Source: Pseudomonadota bacterium
Lineage (GTDB): Bacteria; Desulfobacterota; Binatia; Binatales; Binataceae
Length of the DNA stretch: 64,000 bases
Direction of reading: 5' to 3'
NCBI GenBank assembly: GCA_021324455.1
Contig: JAJPJA010000159.1
Coordinates: 39,239-103,238, forward strand
The notes under the pieces are model-generated. The model was not told the DNA's origin and did not search any database. It saw only the letters and a list, made by a program, of their open reading frames with translations. Of this stretch, positions 49,805 through 58,785 are shown one piece after another. Positions within the stretch are counted from its first letter, which is position 1; each line of letters opens with the position of its first letter. The position numbers and the translations under genes were made by a program.

Positions 49805-52279
49805 ATGGGCAAAGACGCCGTCGCCAAGCAGCAGGAAACCAAACCGCACCCGCAATCGCCGGCGCTGAGTGGAATTCGGATTGTCGAATGCGGCCAGGGA
49901 GTCGCGGCGGCGTTCGCGGCCAAACTGATGGCGCTGCTGGGCGCCGACGTCATTAAAGTCGAACCGCTCCAGGGAGATCTCACGCGCCGTCGCGGTCCGT
50001 TCTTCGACACTCCCGACCCGGACCTGAGCGGCCTGTTCCTGTACCTTAACGCCGACAAGCGCGGCGTAGCGCTGGATCTGACGCGCGCCGAGGACCGCGC
50101 CAAGCTCGACCGTCTGCTGGCGCGCGCCGACATTCTCGTCCATAACATCCCGCCGGCTGAGCGCGGCGCCGCGGCGATGGACAGCGCGCGGCTCTGTGAT
50201 ATGCATCCGCGGCTTATCGTCGCGGCGATCTCGCCCTTCGGCGGCAGCGGACCCTATGCAAACTACCGCGCCTGCGAGATCACGGCGGCGTTCGCGTCGG
50301 GGATGCCGTCGACCGGTCCCGGCTCCTCGCCCTTCCCCGACCTTCCGCCGCTCAAACTGTTCGGTCATCAGGCGGAGTTTCAGACCGGAGTTTACGCGGC
50401 GCTGACCGCGCTCAGCGCTTACTACCATCGGATAGCTCACGGCGGATCCGGCCAATGGATCGACCTGGCGGAACAGGTGTGTCTGGCGGCGATGTCGGAA
50501 TCCACGCTGATCCATTACACCTACAACGGCCGGCGGGCGTCGCGGCTGGGCAAATACGGGTTCGGTCCGCGCACCGTCGCGCCGTGCGCCGACGGATGGA
50601 TCCACATCAATTTTCTGGAGGACGCGCAGTGGGAGCGCCTGATGGAACTGCTGGGCAATCCCGAATGGGGCCGCGAGGAGATCTTCAAGGACCGCTACGC
50701 CAGAGGCGCCAATTCCGACGTACTCGAGCCGATGCTTTCGGAGTTGACGCGCAAGTGGAAAACGCACGAGCTGTTCCTTGCCGCGCAGGCCCGTCGAATA
50801 CCGGTGGCGCCGGTCAACCGCGCCTGCGACGCGTATGCCGATCCTCAACTGCGGTCGCGCGCGTTCTTCGCCCCGCTGCCGATGCCGCCTGAAGCGGGCA
50901 GGAGCGTCGAGGTGCCGACCGTGCCGTTCAAGTCCAACGCGATGACCTACCGGCTGAAGCGGCCGGCGCCAAAGTTGGGCGAACACGACCGGGAAGTTTT
51001 CGAAGAATTGGAAAACGCCGCGCACGAAGCGCCCGCCGCGCCTCCACTCGATCGCCCCGCCGTCCTCCCCGGACCGCTCAGCGGCGTGCGCGTGCTGGAC
51101 TTCAGTTGGGTGTGGGCGGGACCCTTCTGCACCGCGCAGCTTGCATTTCTGGGCGCGGAAGTGATTCGAATCGAAAGCTCCAAACGCCTGTGCGCCACCC
51201 GATGCCTGCCGCCTTTCGTGGACGACAAGCCCGGCCCCAATCGCGCCGGTCCCTTCAACCAATGGAATCACAACAAGCTCAGCGTCGAGCTGAACTTAAG
51301 CCGGCCTGAAGCGGTGGAAATCGCATGCGAACTGGTGCGCCATTGCGACGCCGCGGTGGAGAACTTCGGCCCCGGCGTGATCGACCGGATGGGACTGGGC
51401 TACGACGTGCTGAGCCGCCATAAACCGGACCTGATCATGGTGTCCATGTCGGGTTACGGGCGCAGCGGACCCTACTCCCACTTCGTCAACTACGGTCCGC
51501 AGCTTGGCGCGCAATCGGGCTTGCTGTCGGTCACCGGCTACGCCGGCGACCGTCCGCGCGAGGCGGCGGTCGCCTACAGCGATCCGGCCAGCGGTCTGTT
51601 CGCGTCTCATCTGGTGGCCGCCGCCTTGATTCACAAGCGCCGCACCGGCGCGGGGCAGTACATCGACCTCTCGATGCTCGAAGTGCTGGAGATGGTGCTG
51701 CCGGAGATGCTGCTGCAGCATGCGATGACCGGACGCGATCCTGAGCGCAGCGGCAATCGCGACGCGCTGATGTCGCCGCACAACTGCTACAAGGCTTTGG
51801 GCGACGCGGAAGCATGGGTGAGTATCGCCGTCGGGAACGAAACCGAATGGCGGGCGCTGTGCCAGGCGATGGACCAGCCGATGCTGGCGGACGACCCGCG
51901 TTTCGCCGGCGCCGCGATGCGCAAACGCAACGAAGACGAACTCGATCGCATCATTACGCAATGGACCCGCACGCGCGACCGCTGGGAGATCGCCAAACTG
52001 CTGCAAAGCCGGGGCGTCGCGGCCTTCCCCGCCTTCAACAACCAGGACGTCGCCCAGGATCCGCATCTGCGCGCCCGCGGTTTTCTGGTCGAACCCGAGC
52101 ATGCCGAGGGCGGCCGCCTCACCGAGCCCGGCATCCCCTGGATCATGTCGGCGACGCCGTGCGGCGTGCGCCGCGCGTCACCGCCGCTGGGATGCGATAC
52201 CGAAGACGTGTTGACGCGGCTGCTGGGCTACTCGCGCGAGAAAATCGCGGCGCTGCGCCGCGAGGAGATTGTGATCTGA
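49805..52279 (+). CDS. Fused two-domain family III CoA-transferase (CaiB/BaiF)
   Basis: Two CaiB repeats (GADVIKVE...; GAEVIRIE...ENFGPG...YSDPASG). Confidence 0.92.
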   Translation: MGKDAVAKQQETKPHPQSPALSGIRIVECGQGVAAAFAAKLMALLGADVIKVEPLQGDLTRRRGPFFDTPDPDLSGLFLYLNADKRGVALDLTRAEDRAKLDRLLARADILVHNIPPAERGAAAMDSARLCDMHPRLIVAAISPFGGSGPYANYRACEITAAFASGMPSTGPGSSPFPDLPPLKLFGHQAEFQTGVYAALTALSAYYHRIAHGGSGQWIDLAEQVCLAAMSESTLIHYTYNGRRASRLGKYGFGPRTVAPCADGWIHINFLEDAQWERLMELLGNPEWGREEIFKDRYARGANSDVLEPMLSELTRKWKTHELFLAAQARRIPVAPVNRACDAYADPQLRSRAFFAPLPMPPEAGRSVEVPTVPFKSNAMTYRLKRPAPKLGEHDREVFEELENAAHEAPAAPPLDRPAVLPGPLSGVRVLDFSWVWAGPFCTAQLAFLGAEVIRIESSKRLCATRCLPPFVDDKPGPNRAGPFNQWNHNKLSVELNLSRPEAVEIACELVRHCDAAVENFGPGVIDRMGLGYDVLSRHKPDLIMVSMSGYGRSGPYSHFVNYGPQLGAQSGLLSVTGYAGDRPREAAVAYSDPASGLFASHLVAAALIHKRRTGAGQYIDLSMLEVLEMVLPEMLLQHAMTGRDPERSGNRDALMSPHNCYKALGDAEAWVSIAVGNETEWRALCQAMDQPMLADDPRFAGAAMRKRNEDELDRIITQWTRTRDRWEIAKLLQSRGVAAFPAFNNQDVAQDPHLRARGFLVEPEHAEGGRLTEPGIPWIMSATPCGVRRASPPLGCDTEDVLTRLLGYSREKIAALRREEIVI

Positions 52280-52297
52280 GCCAGCCAGGGAGGCATC

Positions 52298-53521
52298 ATG
52301 CCCAATCAGCGGCATATTCTTGAGGGCTACAAAGTTCTCGACATGACCCAGTTTATCGCCGGTCCAACCCTGACCCGGCTGTTGGCGCAAACCGGCGCTG
52401 AAGTGATCAAGGTGGAGAACACGCCTTACGGCGACCCGACCCGCTTTGCGCCGGTTTACAAGGATGGACATAGCTCGTACTTCAGCCAGCACAATCGCGG
52501 CAAGAAAAGCCTGTGCGTCAACGCCAAGGATCCCGAAGGCAGCAGGATTATCAAGGAGCTGCTGACCAGGGTCGATATTCTGGCCGAGAACTTCACGCCC
52601 GGCGTGATGGCTAAGCTGGGGCTCGACTACCGGACCGTCAGCCGCATCAACCCGCGCATCGTGATGTGTTCCATCTCCACCTTCGGCCAGAACGGTCCGC
52701 TCGCGTTCAAGCCCGGCTTCGATCCGATTGGCGCATGCTATGCCGGCATTGTTTCGATGGTCGGCGAGCCGGACGGTCCGCCCTATCCGCTGCGCACCGC
52801 GATGGGCGACGTTATGACCGCGGTCCACGCCTACGGCGCAATCGGCTACGCGCTGCTGCATCGCGAACGCACCGGGCGCGGTCAGTTCCTGGAAGTAACG
52901 CTGCTCGATTCATACTTCCATTGCCATGAGGAGAGCGTCGTATTAGCCAGTTCCAGCCGCGGCGAGATCAAGCCGCGGCGCGCCGGACTGCATCATGAAA
53001 CGCACTGCCCGGTGGGACTGTTCAAGGGCAGGGAACATTATATTTTCATCATCGCGATTACATTGGAGCAGTGGAAATCGCTGTGCCGGGCGATGGGCAA
53101 GCCGGAGATGGGCGACGATCCGCGCTTCAAGACCGAACCCGGACGCGTCGCGCACAAGCAGTTGATTATCGACGCGATCCAGGGATGGCTGGCGTCGATG
53201 CCCAGCGACGACGCGGCGGTCGCCGCGATGGAGGCCAATCACGTACCGGTCGCGCCGGTGCTCTCGGTGGAAGAGGCGATCGACCATCCGCATCTGCGCC
53301 AGCGCGGCACGGTGCGCACGATTACCGATCCGCTGTTGGGCGAGTACCAGGTGCCGGGGTTTCCATTCCGCTTCTCGGATTTTCCGGATGAGTTGACTTT
53401 GGAAACCCCCACGCTGGGTCAGCATAACGCGGAGATCCTCGAGCGCTACCTGGGCTATTCGCCCGAGCGCATCAGCCAGTTGGAATCCGCGGGAGTGCTG
53501 TGCAGGTATAAGCACAAGTGA
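52298..53521 (+). CDS. Family III CoA-transferase
   Basis: IAGP, GAEVIKVE, NRGKKS, ENFTPG, MGDVMTA. Confidence 0.93.
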   Translation: MPNQRHILEGYKVLDMTQFIAGPTLTRLLAQTGAEVIKVENTPYGDPTRFAPVYKDGHSSYFSQHNRGKKSLCVNAKDPEGSRIIKELLTRVDILAENFTPGVMAKLGLDYRTVSRINPRIVMCSISTFGQNGPLAFKPGFDPIGACYAGIVSMVGEPDGPPYPLRTAMGDVMTAVHAYGAIGYALLHRERTGRGQFLEVTLLDSYFHCHEESVVLASSSRGEIKPRRAGLHHETHCPVGLFKGREHYIFIIAITLEQWKSLCRAMGKPEMGDDPRFKTEPGRVAHKQLIIDAIQGWLASMPSDDAAVAAMEANHVPVAPVLSVEEAIDHPHLRQRGTVRTITDPLLGEYQVPGFPFRFSDFPDELTLETPTLGQHNAEILERYLGYSPERISQLESAGVLCRYKHK

Positions 53522-53609
53522 GAACGGACGCGGTTGGCTTCTCCGCAGTCCCCGCCGATTCCTCCCTCGAAACACGATGGCTGAAAAAATCGCAAAGGAG
53601 ACTCTCAAA

Positions 53610-54287
53610 ATGGAAGAAATGGGAATATTCCAGGCCATGCACACCGCCCGCGCGCTGCGGCGGCTCAAACCCGATCCCGTTCCCGATGACCTGATCGCCA
53701 AAGTAATCGACGCCGGCGTGCGGGCGCCGACCGGCAGCAACCTGCAGAACTGGCGCTTCGTGGTGGTAAAGGATGCGCAACTGCGGCGCGAGATCGCGGA
53801 TCTCTATCGCGCGTCGATGGAAATCGCGGGCCGGGCCTACGCCAATCGCAAGCAGCCGCCGCATATGACCAACGACAGGCAAAAAGCGATGATGTCGGCC
53901 GCAACCTATCTGGCTCAGCATTTCGGCGAGGTGCCGGTGCTGATCCTTGCGTGGCTGCAATTCACTCCCGAACAGGAGAACCCCCAGTTGCCGCCCGAGC
54001 ATATGCCGACTTTTGTGCGCCTGAGCGGCGGCAGCATTTTCCCCGCCGTCCAGAATATGATCGTTGCCTGCCGCGCGGTCGGCCTCGGCACCGTTCTGAC
54101 CACGGTTCTGGCCTACAAGGAAGCCGAGGTCAGGAACATCATCAACGCTCCCGCCGACATGCGTCTGTACGCGGCGTTGCCGGTGGGCTATCCGATGGAA
54201 GGCTACGGCCACGGTCCCGTCCGCCGGCTGCCGTTGAGCGATGTAACCTTTCTGGATAGGTACGGAAACAACTGGCCGAAAAAATAA
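53610..54287 (+). CDS. Nitroreductase family protein
   Basis: RALRR, APTGSNLQNWRF, AVQNM, GLGTVLT, PVGYP; AAGGAG SD. Confidence 0.9.
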   Translation: MEEMGIFQAMHTARALRRLKPDPVPDDLIAKVIDAGVRAPTGSNLQNWRFVVVKDAQLRREIADLYRASMEIAGRAYANRKQPPHMTNDRQKAMMSAATYLAQHFGEVPVLILAWLQFTPEQENPQLPPEHMPTFVRLSGGSIFPAVQNMIVACRAVGLGTVLTTVLAYKEAEVRNIINAPADMRLYAALPVGYPMEGYGHGPVRRLPLSDVTFLDRYGNNWPKK

Positions 54288-54462
54288 GCTTCACCCAGTA
54301 AGGTAGTCGAGGAAACGGCGAGGCATTGGAGACCGTGCAAACGCCCTGGCGTCTTCCAATTTTACAACTGTGGATTCCGGGCTGACATGGCGGTTTAGAC
54401 AAACCAGCGCCATCAGCGGTATCCTGCCGCCGTCAGGATCAGTCCAAAGGAAAATTTTCGCG

Positions 54463-55926
54463 ATGCCAGACCGCGTATCGAAATCGGCCCGCATCCGGTC
54501 GCGCCTGAATCATCCCATAATCGATTCCGACGGCCATTGGATCGAATACGAACCGCTGGCGCTGGAATACCTGTCGCGCGTGGGCGGCCCCGCTCTGGTG
54601 CGCCGCTACAAGGAAGTATCGGCACCCTTCGGCGCGCTGGCGCGGATGCCGCTGCAGACGCGCAGGGACAAGCGGATTTCGCAGTTCCCATGGTGGGGGG
54701 TGCCGGCGCGAAATACTCTGGACCGCGCCACCGCGATGATGCCGCGCTTGATGCGCGAGCGGCTGGGCGACATGGGGATGGATTTCGCCGTGGTCTATTC
54801 CACCGGCGGATCGCTGTTCGCGCCGTTTTTGCGCGACGAGGAGGTCCGGCGCGCCGCCTGCTGCGCCTTCAACATTTTTCTCGCCGACACGTTTCGCGAT
54901 TTCTCCGACCGCCTCACGCCCGCCGCCGTGATTCCGATGCATACGCCGCAGGAAGCCATCGCCGAACTGGAGCATGTGAAGGAACTGGGCCTCAAGGTGA
55001 TCATGATGTCCAGCCTGATCCGGCGCCCGGTGCCGGAGGTCGCGCGCAAGGCCCCCGAGTACCTGCGCTATGCGCTGTGGATGGACGTGCTGGGGCTGGA
55101 CAGCGACTATGACTACGACCCGGTGTGGCGCAAATGTATCGAACTCGGTCTGGCGCCCACGTTTCATTCCTCGGTCCAGGGCTACGCGCTGCACAGCTCG
55201 CTGACCAACATGGTATACAACCATATCGGGCACTTCGGCGCGGCCGGCGAGGCCGTGTGCAAGGCGATGTTCCTGGGCGGGGTGACGACGCGCTTCCCGC
55301 GGCTCAGATTCGCTTTTTTGGAAGGCGGCGTCAGTTGGGGATGCCGCCTGTATGCCGACCTGATCGGGCATTGGAAGGTGCGCAACGTCCAGGCGCTGGC
55401 TCATATCGACCCGAAAAATCTCGACCTCGCGCAGTTGACCCGCCTGGTCGGCCAATACGGCAGCGACGCGCTGCGGCAGAAGTTCGATCCGGCGCAGGTG
55501 TCGATGGGCGACAGCGCGCCGGAGCAGCTCGACGATTTCGCGCGCTGCGCCGTTCGCCGCCCCGAAGATATCCGCGACCGCTACGTGCCCAACTTTTTCT
55601 TTGGCTGCGAGGCCGAAGATCCGCTCATCGCGTGGGCCTTCAACTCCAAAGTCAATCCGTACGGCGCGCGGCTCAATGCCGTCCTGGGTTCTGATATCGG
55701 TCATTGGGATGTTCCCGACATGGAGGAGATCGCGGCCGAAGCTTATGCGCCGGTCGAAAACGGCGTCATGTCAGCGGAGGATTTCCGCGACTTCACTTTC
55801 GCCAATCCGGTGAAACTGTGGGCGTCGCTCAATCCCGATTTCTTCACGGGCACGGCGGTCGAAGATGAAGTCGCGCGCGAGCTGGCCAATTTCGATCGCA
55901 ACGCGCAACAGGCCTCTCTCCGATGA
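54463..55926 (+). CDS. Amidohydrolase_2 family protein
   Basis: IDSDGH, PTFH, FLEGGV, GSDIGHWD. Confidence 0.88.
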   Translation: MPDRVSKSARIRSRLNHPIIDSDGHWIEYEPLALEYLSRVGGPALVRRYKEVSAPFGALARMPLQTRRDKRISQFPWWGVPARNTLDRATAMMPRLMRERLGDMGMDFAVVYSTGGSLFAPFLRDEEVRRAACCAFNIFLADTFRDFSDRLTPAAVIPMHTPQEAIAELEHVKELGLKVIMMSSLIRRPVPEVARKAPEYLRYALWMDVLGLDSDYDYDPVWRKCIELGLAPTFHSSVQGYALHSSLTNMVYNHIGHFGAAGEAVCKAMFLGGVTTRFPRLRFAFLEGGVSWGCRLYADLIGHWKVRNVQALAHIDPKNLDLAQLTRLVGQYGSDALRQKFDPAQVSMGDSAPEQLDDFARCAVRRPEDIRDRYVPNFFFGCEAEDPLIAWAFNSKVNPYGARLNAVLGSDIGHWDVPDMEEIAAEAYAPVENGVMSAEDFRDFTFANPVKLWASLNPDFFTGTAVEDEVARELANFDRNAQQASLR

Positions 55927-57143
55927 ACCCCGGCCAGATGAAGCACGTACTGGACGGTTTTCGCGTCCTCGACATTACGCAGTTCATCGCCGGACCGACG
56001 GCGACACGCTTGCTGGCGCAGATGGGAGCCGAAGTGATCAAGCTGGAGCTCGCGCCCACCGGCGATCGCGCCCGGCTGCTGCCGCTGCTGAAGGACGGAC
56101 GCAGTTCGCATTTCGTCCATCACAACCGCGGCAAGAAGAGCCTGTGCCTGGACCTGAACCAGCCGCAGGCGCTGGAGCTGACCCGGCGGATGGTGGCCAG
56201 GGTCGACGTGCTGGTGGAGAACTTCAGTCCGGGCACGATCGCGCGGATGGGCCTGGGATACGACGCCGTCAGCCGCCTCAATCCGCGCCTGGTGATGTGC
56301 TCGATTTCGACCTTCGGCCAGACCGGCAGACTTGCGTCGCTGACCGGATTCGATTTTATCGGCGCCTCCTATGCCGCCGCGATCAGCGCCTTTAACGCGA
56401 ATCGCGAGGGCCAGCCCATCCTGCCCAACATCCCGATCGGCGACGTGATGACCGGGGTGCATGCGGTGGGCGCCATCGCCTGCGCCCTGCTCTACCGCGA
56501 GCGCACCGGCAAAGGCCAATACCTCGACATCTCGCTGCTCGATTCCTACTTCAACTGCCACGAAGTGGTGACCGCGGATCTGCATCGGCGGCAGCTGGAA
56601 AGCGGGCTGGGCGACGCGCATGGCACCAGTATTGTGCCGATGGCGGTGTTTCGCGGCTCGCGGCATTACATCTGTATCATGGCCCCGCAGGACCATCTGT
56701 GGCGCCGGCTGTGCGACGCGATCGGGCGGCCCGAGTTGGGCACCGATCCGCGCTTTGTCGATCACGCCGCGCGCGCCCGCAACCAAACAGACGTGATCGA
56801 TCTTATCCAGTCGTGGCTGGACGCGACCGAAGAGACGGCCGCGCTGGAGATTCTGGAGAAGCATCATGTGCCCGCGGCGCCGGTGCTGACGCTGGCCGAC
56901 GCGATCCAGGATCCAATCCTGCTGGAACGCGGCACCGTCCGCGCCGCGACCGATCGAATCCTGGGCGAAATCAGGGTTCCCGGCCTGCCGCTGCGATTTT
57001 CCGATTTCCCCGGCGAGATGGATGTGCAGGCGCCGTTTCTGGGCGAGCATAATCGCCAGATTCTCTCCGACTATCTGAACCTGTCCGCCGATGAGATCGC
57101 CGCGCTGGAACGCTCCGGTGTCCTGCAGGAGAAGCCAAATTGA
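55923..57143 (+). CDS. Family III CoA-transferase
   Basis: IAGP, NRGKKS, ENFSPG, IGDVMTG; ATGA coupling; close paralogue of 52298-53521. Confidence 0.93.
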   Translation: MNPGQMKHVLDGFRVLDITQFIAGPTATRLLAQMGAEVIKLELAPTGDRARLLPLLKDGRSSHFVHHNRGKKSLCLDLNQPQALELTRRMVARVDVLVENFSPGTIARMGLGYDAVSRLNPRLVMCSISTFGQTGRLASLTGFDFIGASYAAAISAFNANREGQPILPNIPIGDVMTGVHAVGAIACALLYRERTGKGQYLDISLLDSYFNCHEVVTADLHRRQLESGLGDAHGTSIVPMAVFRGSRHYICIMAPQDHLWRRLCDAIGRPELGTDPRFVDHAARARNQTDVIDLIQSWLDATEETAALEILEKHHVPAAPVLTLADAIQDPILLERGTVRAATDRILGEIRVPGLPLRFSDFPGEMDVQAPFLGEHNRQILSDYLNLSADEIAALERSGVLQEKPN

Positions 57144-58321
57144 GCCGCTACGGTTTGCGCGGCGCGATGGCGATCGTCGGCGCGGCGGACACCAAAGTCG
57201 GCGCGGTGCCCGAACTGACCAGCGCCCAGTTGCAGACCGAGGCGGCGCGGCTGGCGCTGGCTGACGCCGCAATCAGCAAGGATCGAATCGACGGCCTGAT
57301 CACCTGCAACGCCAGCGTCGAGCGCGGTCCGCTGAAGACGTTTCACGCCGAGATGGTGGCCGAACTGCTCGGCATCGCACCCCGCTTTTGTCTGACCGGA
57401 GCGGTCGGCGGCGCGCTGCCGGTCCTGATGATGGAGCATGCGGCGGCGGCCATCGCGGCCGGCTTGTGCCATACCGTGCTGCTGATCTCCGCGGACAACA
57501 TCCTGTCGGCCGCCAAGCGCCGCGCCGCGGTTCCCGAGCCGTGGGACGACCCTCAGTTCGAAGAACCCTACGGCCCGACCACGCCCGCGATGTATGCGCT
57601 CATCGCGCGCGCGCATATGCATCGGTTCGGCACCACCAGCGAGCAGTTCGCGGCCGTGGCCGTGGCCTGCCGCAGACACGCGTCGATGAATCCGGGCGCG
57701 CACAAGCGCGAACCAATCGCGCTTGCCGACGTGCTCAATTCGCGCATGATCGCCGACCCGCTGCATCTGCTGGATTGCAGCCTGGTGTCCGACGGCGGCG
57801 CCGCGATCGTGATGACCGCCGCCCAACGGGCCCGCGATTTCCCCAATCCGCCGGTGTATTTTCTGGGCGCCGGCGAGGCTCATCCGTATCTAAGCCTGCT
57901 GCATGCCGACAGCCTGACGCATTCGGGGGCGATCCAATCCGGCCGCCAGGCTTACGCCGCGGCGGGCGTCGCGCCGCGCGATATCGACCTCGCTTTCGTT
58001 TATGACGCCTTCACCCCGATGGCGATCATTTACCTGGAAGATTTGGGCTTCTGTCCCAAGGGCGAAGGCGGCCGCTTTGTTGAGGGCGGCAATATCGAGC
58101 TGGGAGGACCGCTTCCGATCAATACGCACGGCGGATTGCTGTCGTATTGCCATGCGGGACTGGCCAATTCGATTTTTCACATTACCGAGGCGGTGCGGCA
58201 GTTGCGCGGCGGATGCGGCGCGCGCCAGGTAAACGGAGCGAAGCTGGCAATAATCCACGGGCAGGGCGGCCGCGCCTCCACCCATGGCACGGCGATTTTG
58301 GGAACCGCGGAGACCCTGTGA
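57140..58321 (+). CDS. SCP2-type thiolase-like protein (no catalytic Cys)
   Basis: LLDCSLVSDGG, YDAFT, NTHGGLLSYCH; paired with DUF35. Confidence 0.88.
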   Translation: MSRYGLRGAMAIVGAADTKVGAVPELTSAQLQTEAARLALADAAISKDRIDGLITCNASVERGPLKTFHAEMVAELLGIAPRFCLTGAVGGALPVLMMEHAAAAIAAGLCHTVLLISADNILSAAKRRAAVPEPWDDPQFEEPYGPTTPAMYALIARAHMHRFGTTSEQFAAVAVACRRHASMNPGAHKREPIALADVLNSRMIADPLHLLDCSLVSDGGAAIVMTAAQRARDFPNPPVYFLGAGEAHPYLSLLHADSLTHSGAIQSGRQAYAAAGVAPRDIDLAFVYDAFTPMAIIYLEDLGFCPKGEGGRFVEGGNIELGGPLPINTHGGLLSYCHAGLANSIFHITEAVRQLRGGCGARQVNGAKLAIIHGQGGRASTHGTAILGTAETL

Positions 58322-58728
58322 TGGACGCGCCCGGCAAACTGATCCCGGTCCCGACCCAGGAGACCGCGCCGTTCTGGGAGGGCTGCAAGGCGGGTGAACT
58401 GCGGCTGCAGCGCTGCGCCGATTGCGGCCGTTATCAATTCCCGCCGCAGTCATTTTGCCGCTCTTGTGCGGGCGGCCGTCTTGCCTGGAGCGCAACCTCA
58501 GGCTGCGGCAAAGTGCTGTCCTACACCATCGTGTACTGGTCGCCCAATCCCGCTTACGCCGCCGATGCGCCCTATTCGCTGGCCCTGATCCAGCTCAACG
58601 AAGGCCCGCGGATGCTGACCAACGTCACCGGCTGCCCGCCGCGGCAGCTTCAGATTGGCATGGAAGTCAAAGTAGTATTCGAGCAGTGCGGTCCCGCAAT
58701 CATGCTGCCGAAATTCCAGCCCCTATGA
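58321..58728 (+). CDS. Zn-ribbon/OB-fold (DUF35/ChsH2-like) protein
   Basis: PFWEG, QRCADCG, CRSC, EGPRMLTN; TGATG coupling to the thiolase. Confidence 0.9.
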   Translation: MDAPGKLIPVPTQETAPFWEGCKAGELRLQRCADCGRYQFPPQSFCRSCAGGRLAWSATSGCGKVLSYTIVYWSPNPAYAADAPYSLALIQLNEGPRMLTNVTGCPPRQLQIGMEVKVVFEQCGPAIMLPKFQPL

Positions 58729-58785
58729 ACGCAGGCCTGCGCGAGCTGTGGTTGGGGATGGAAAGGGAATGAGGAGCAGGATGCG

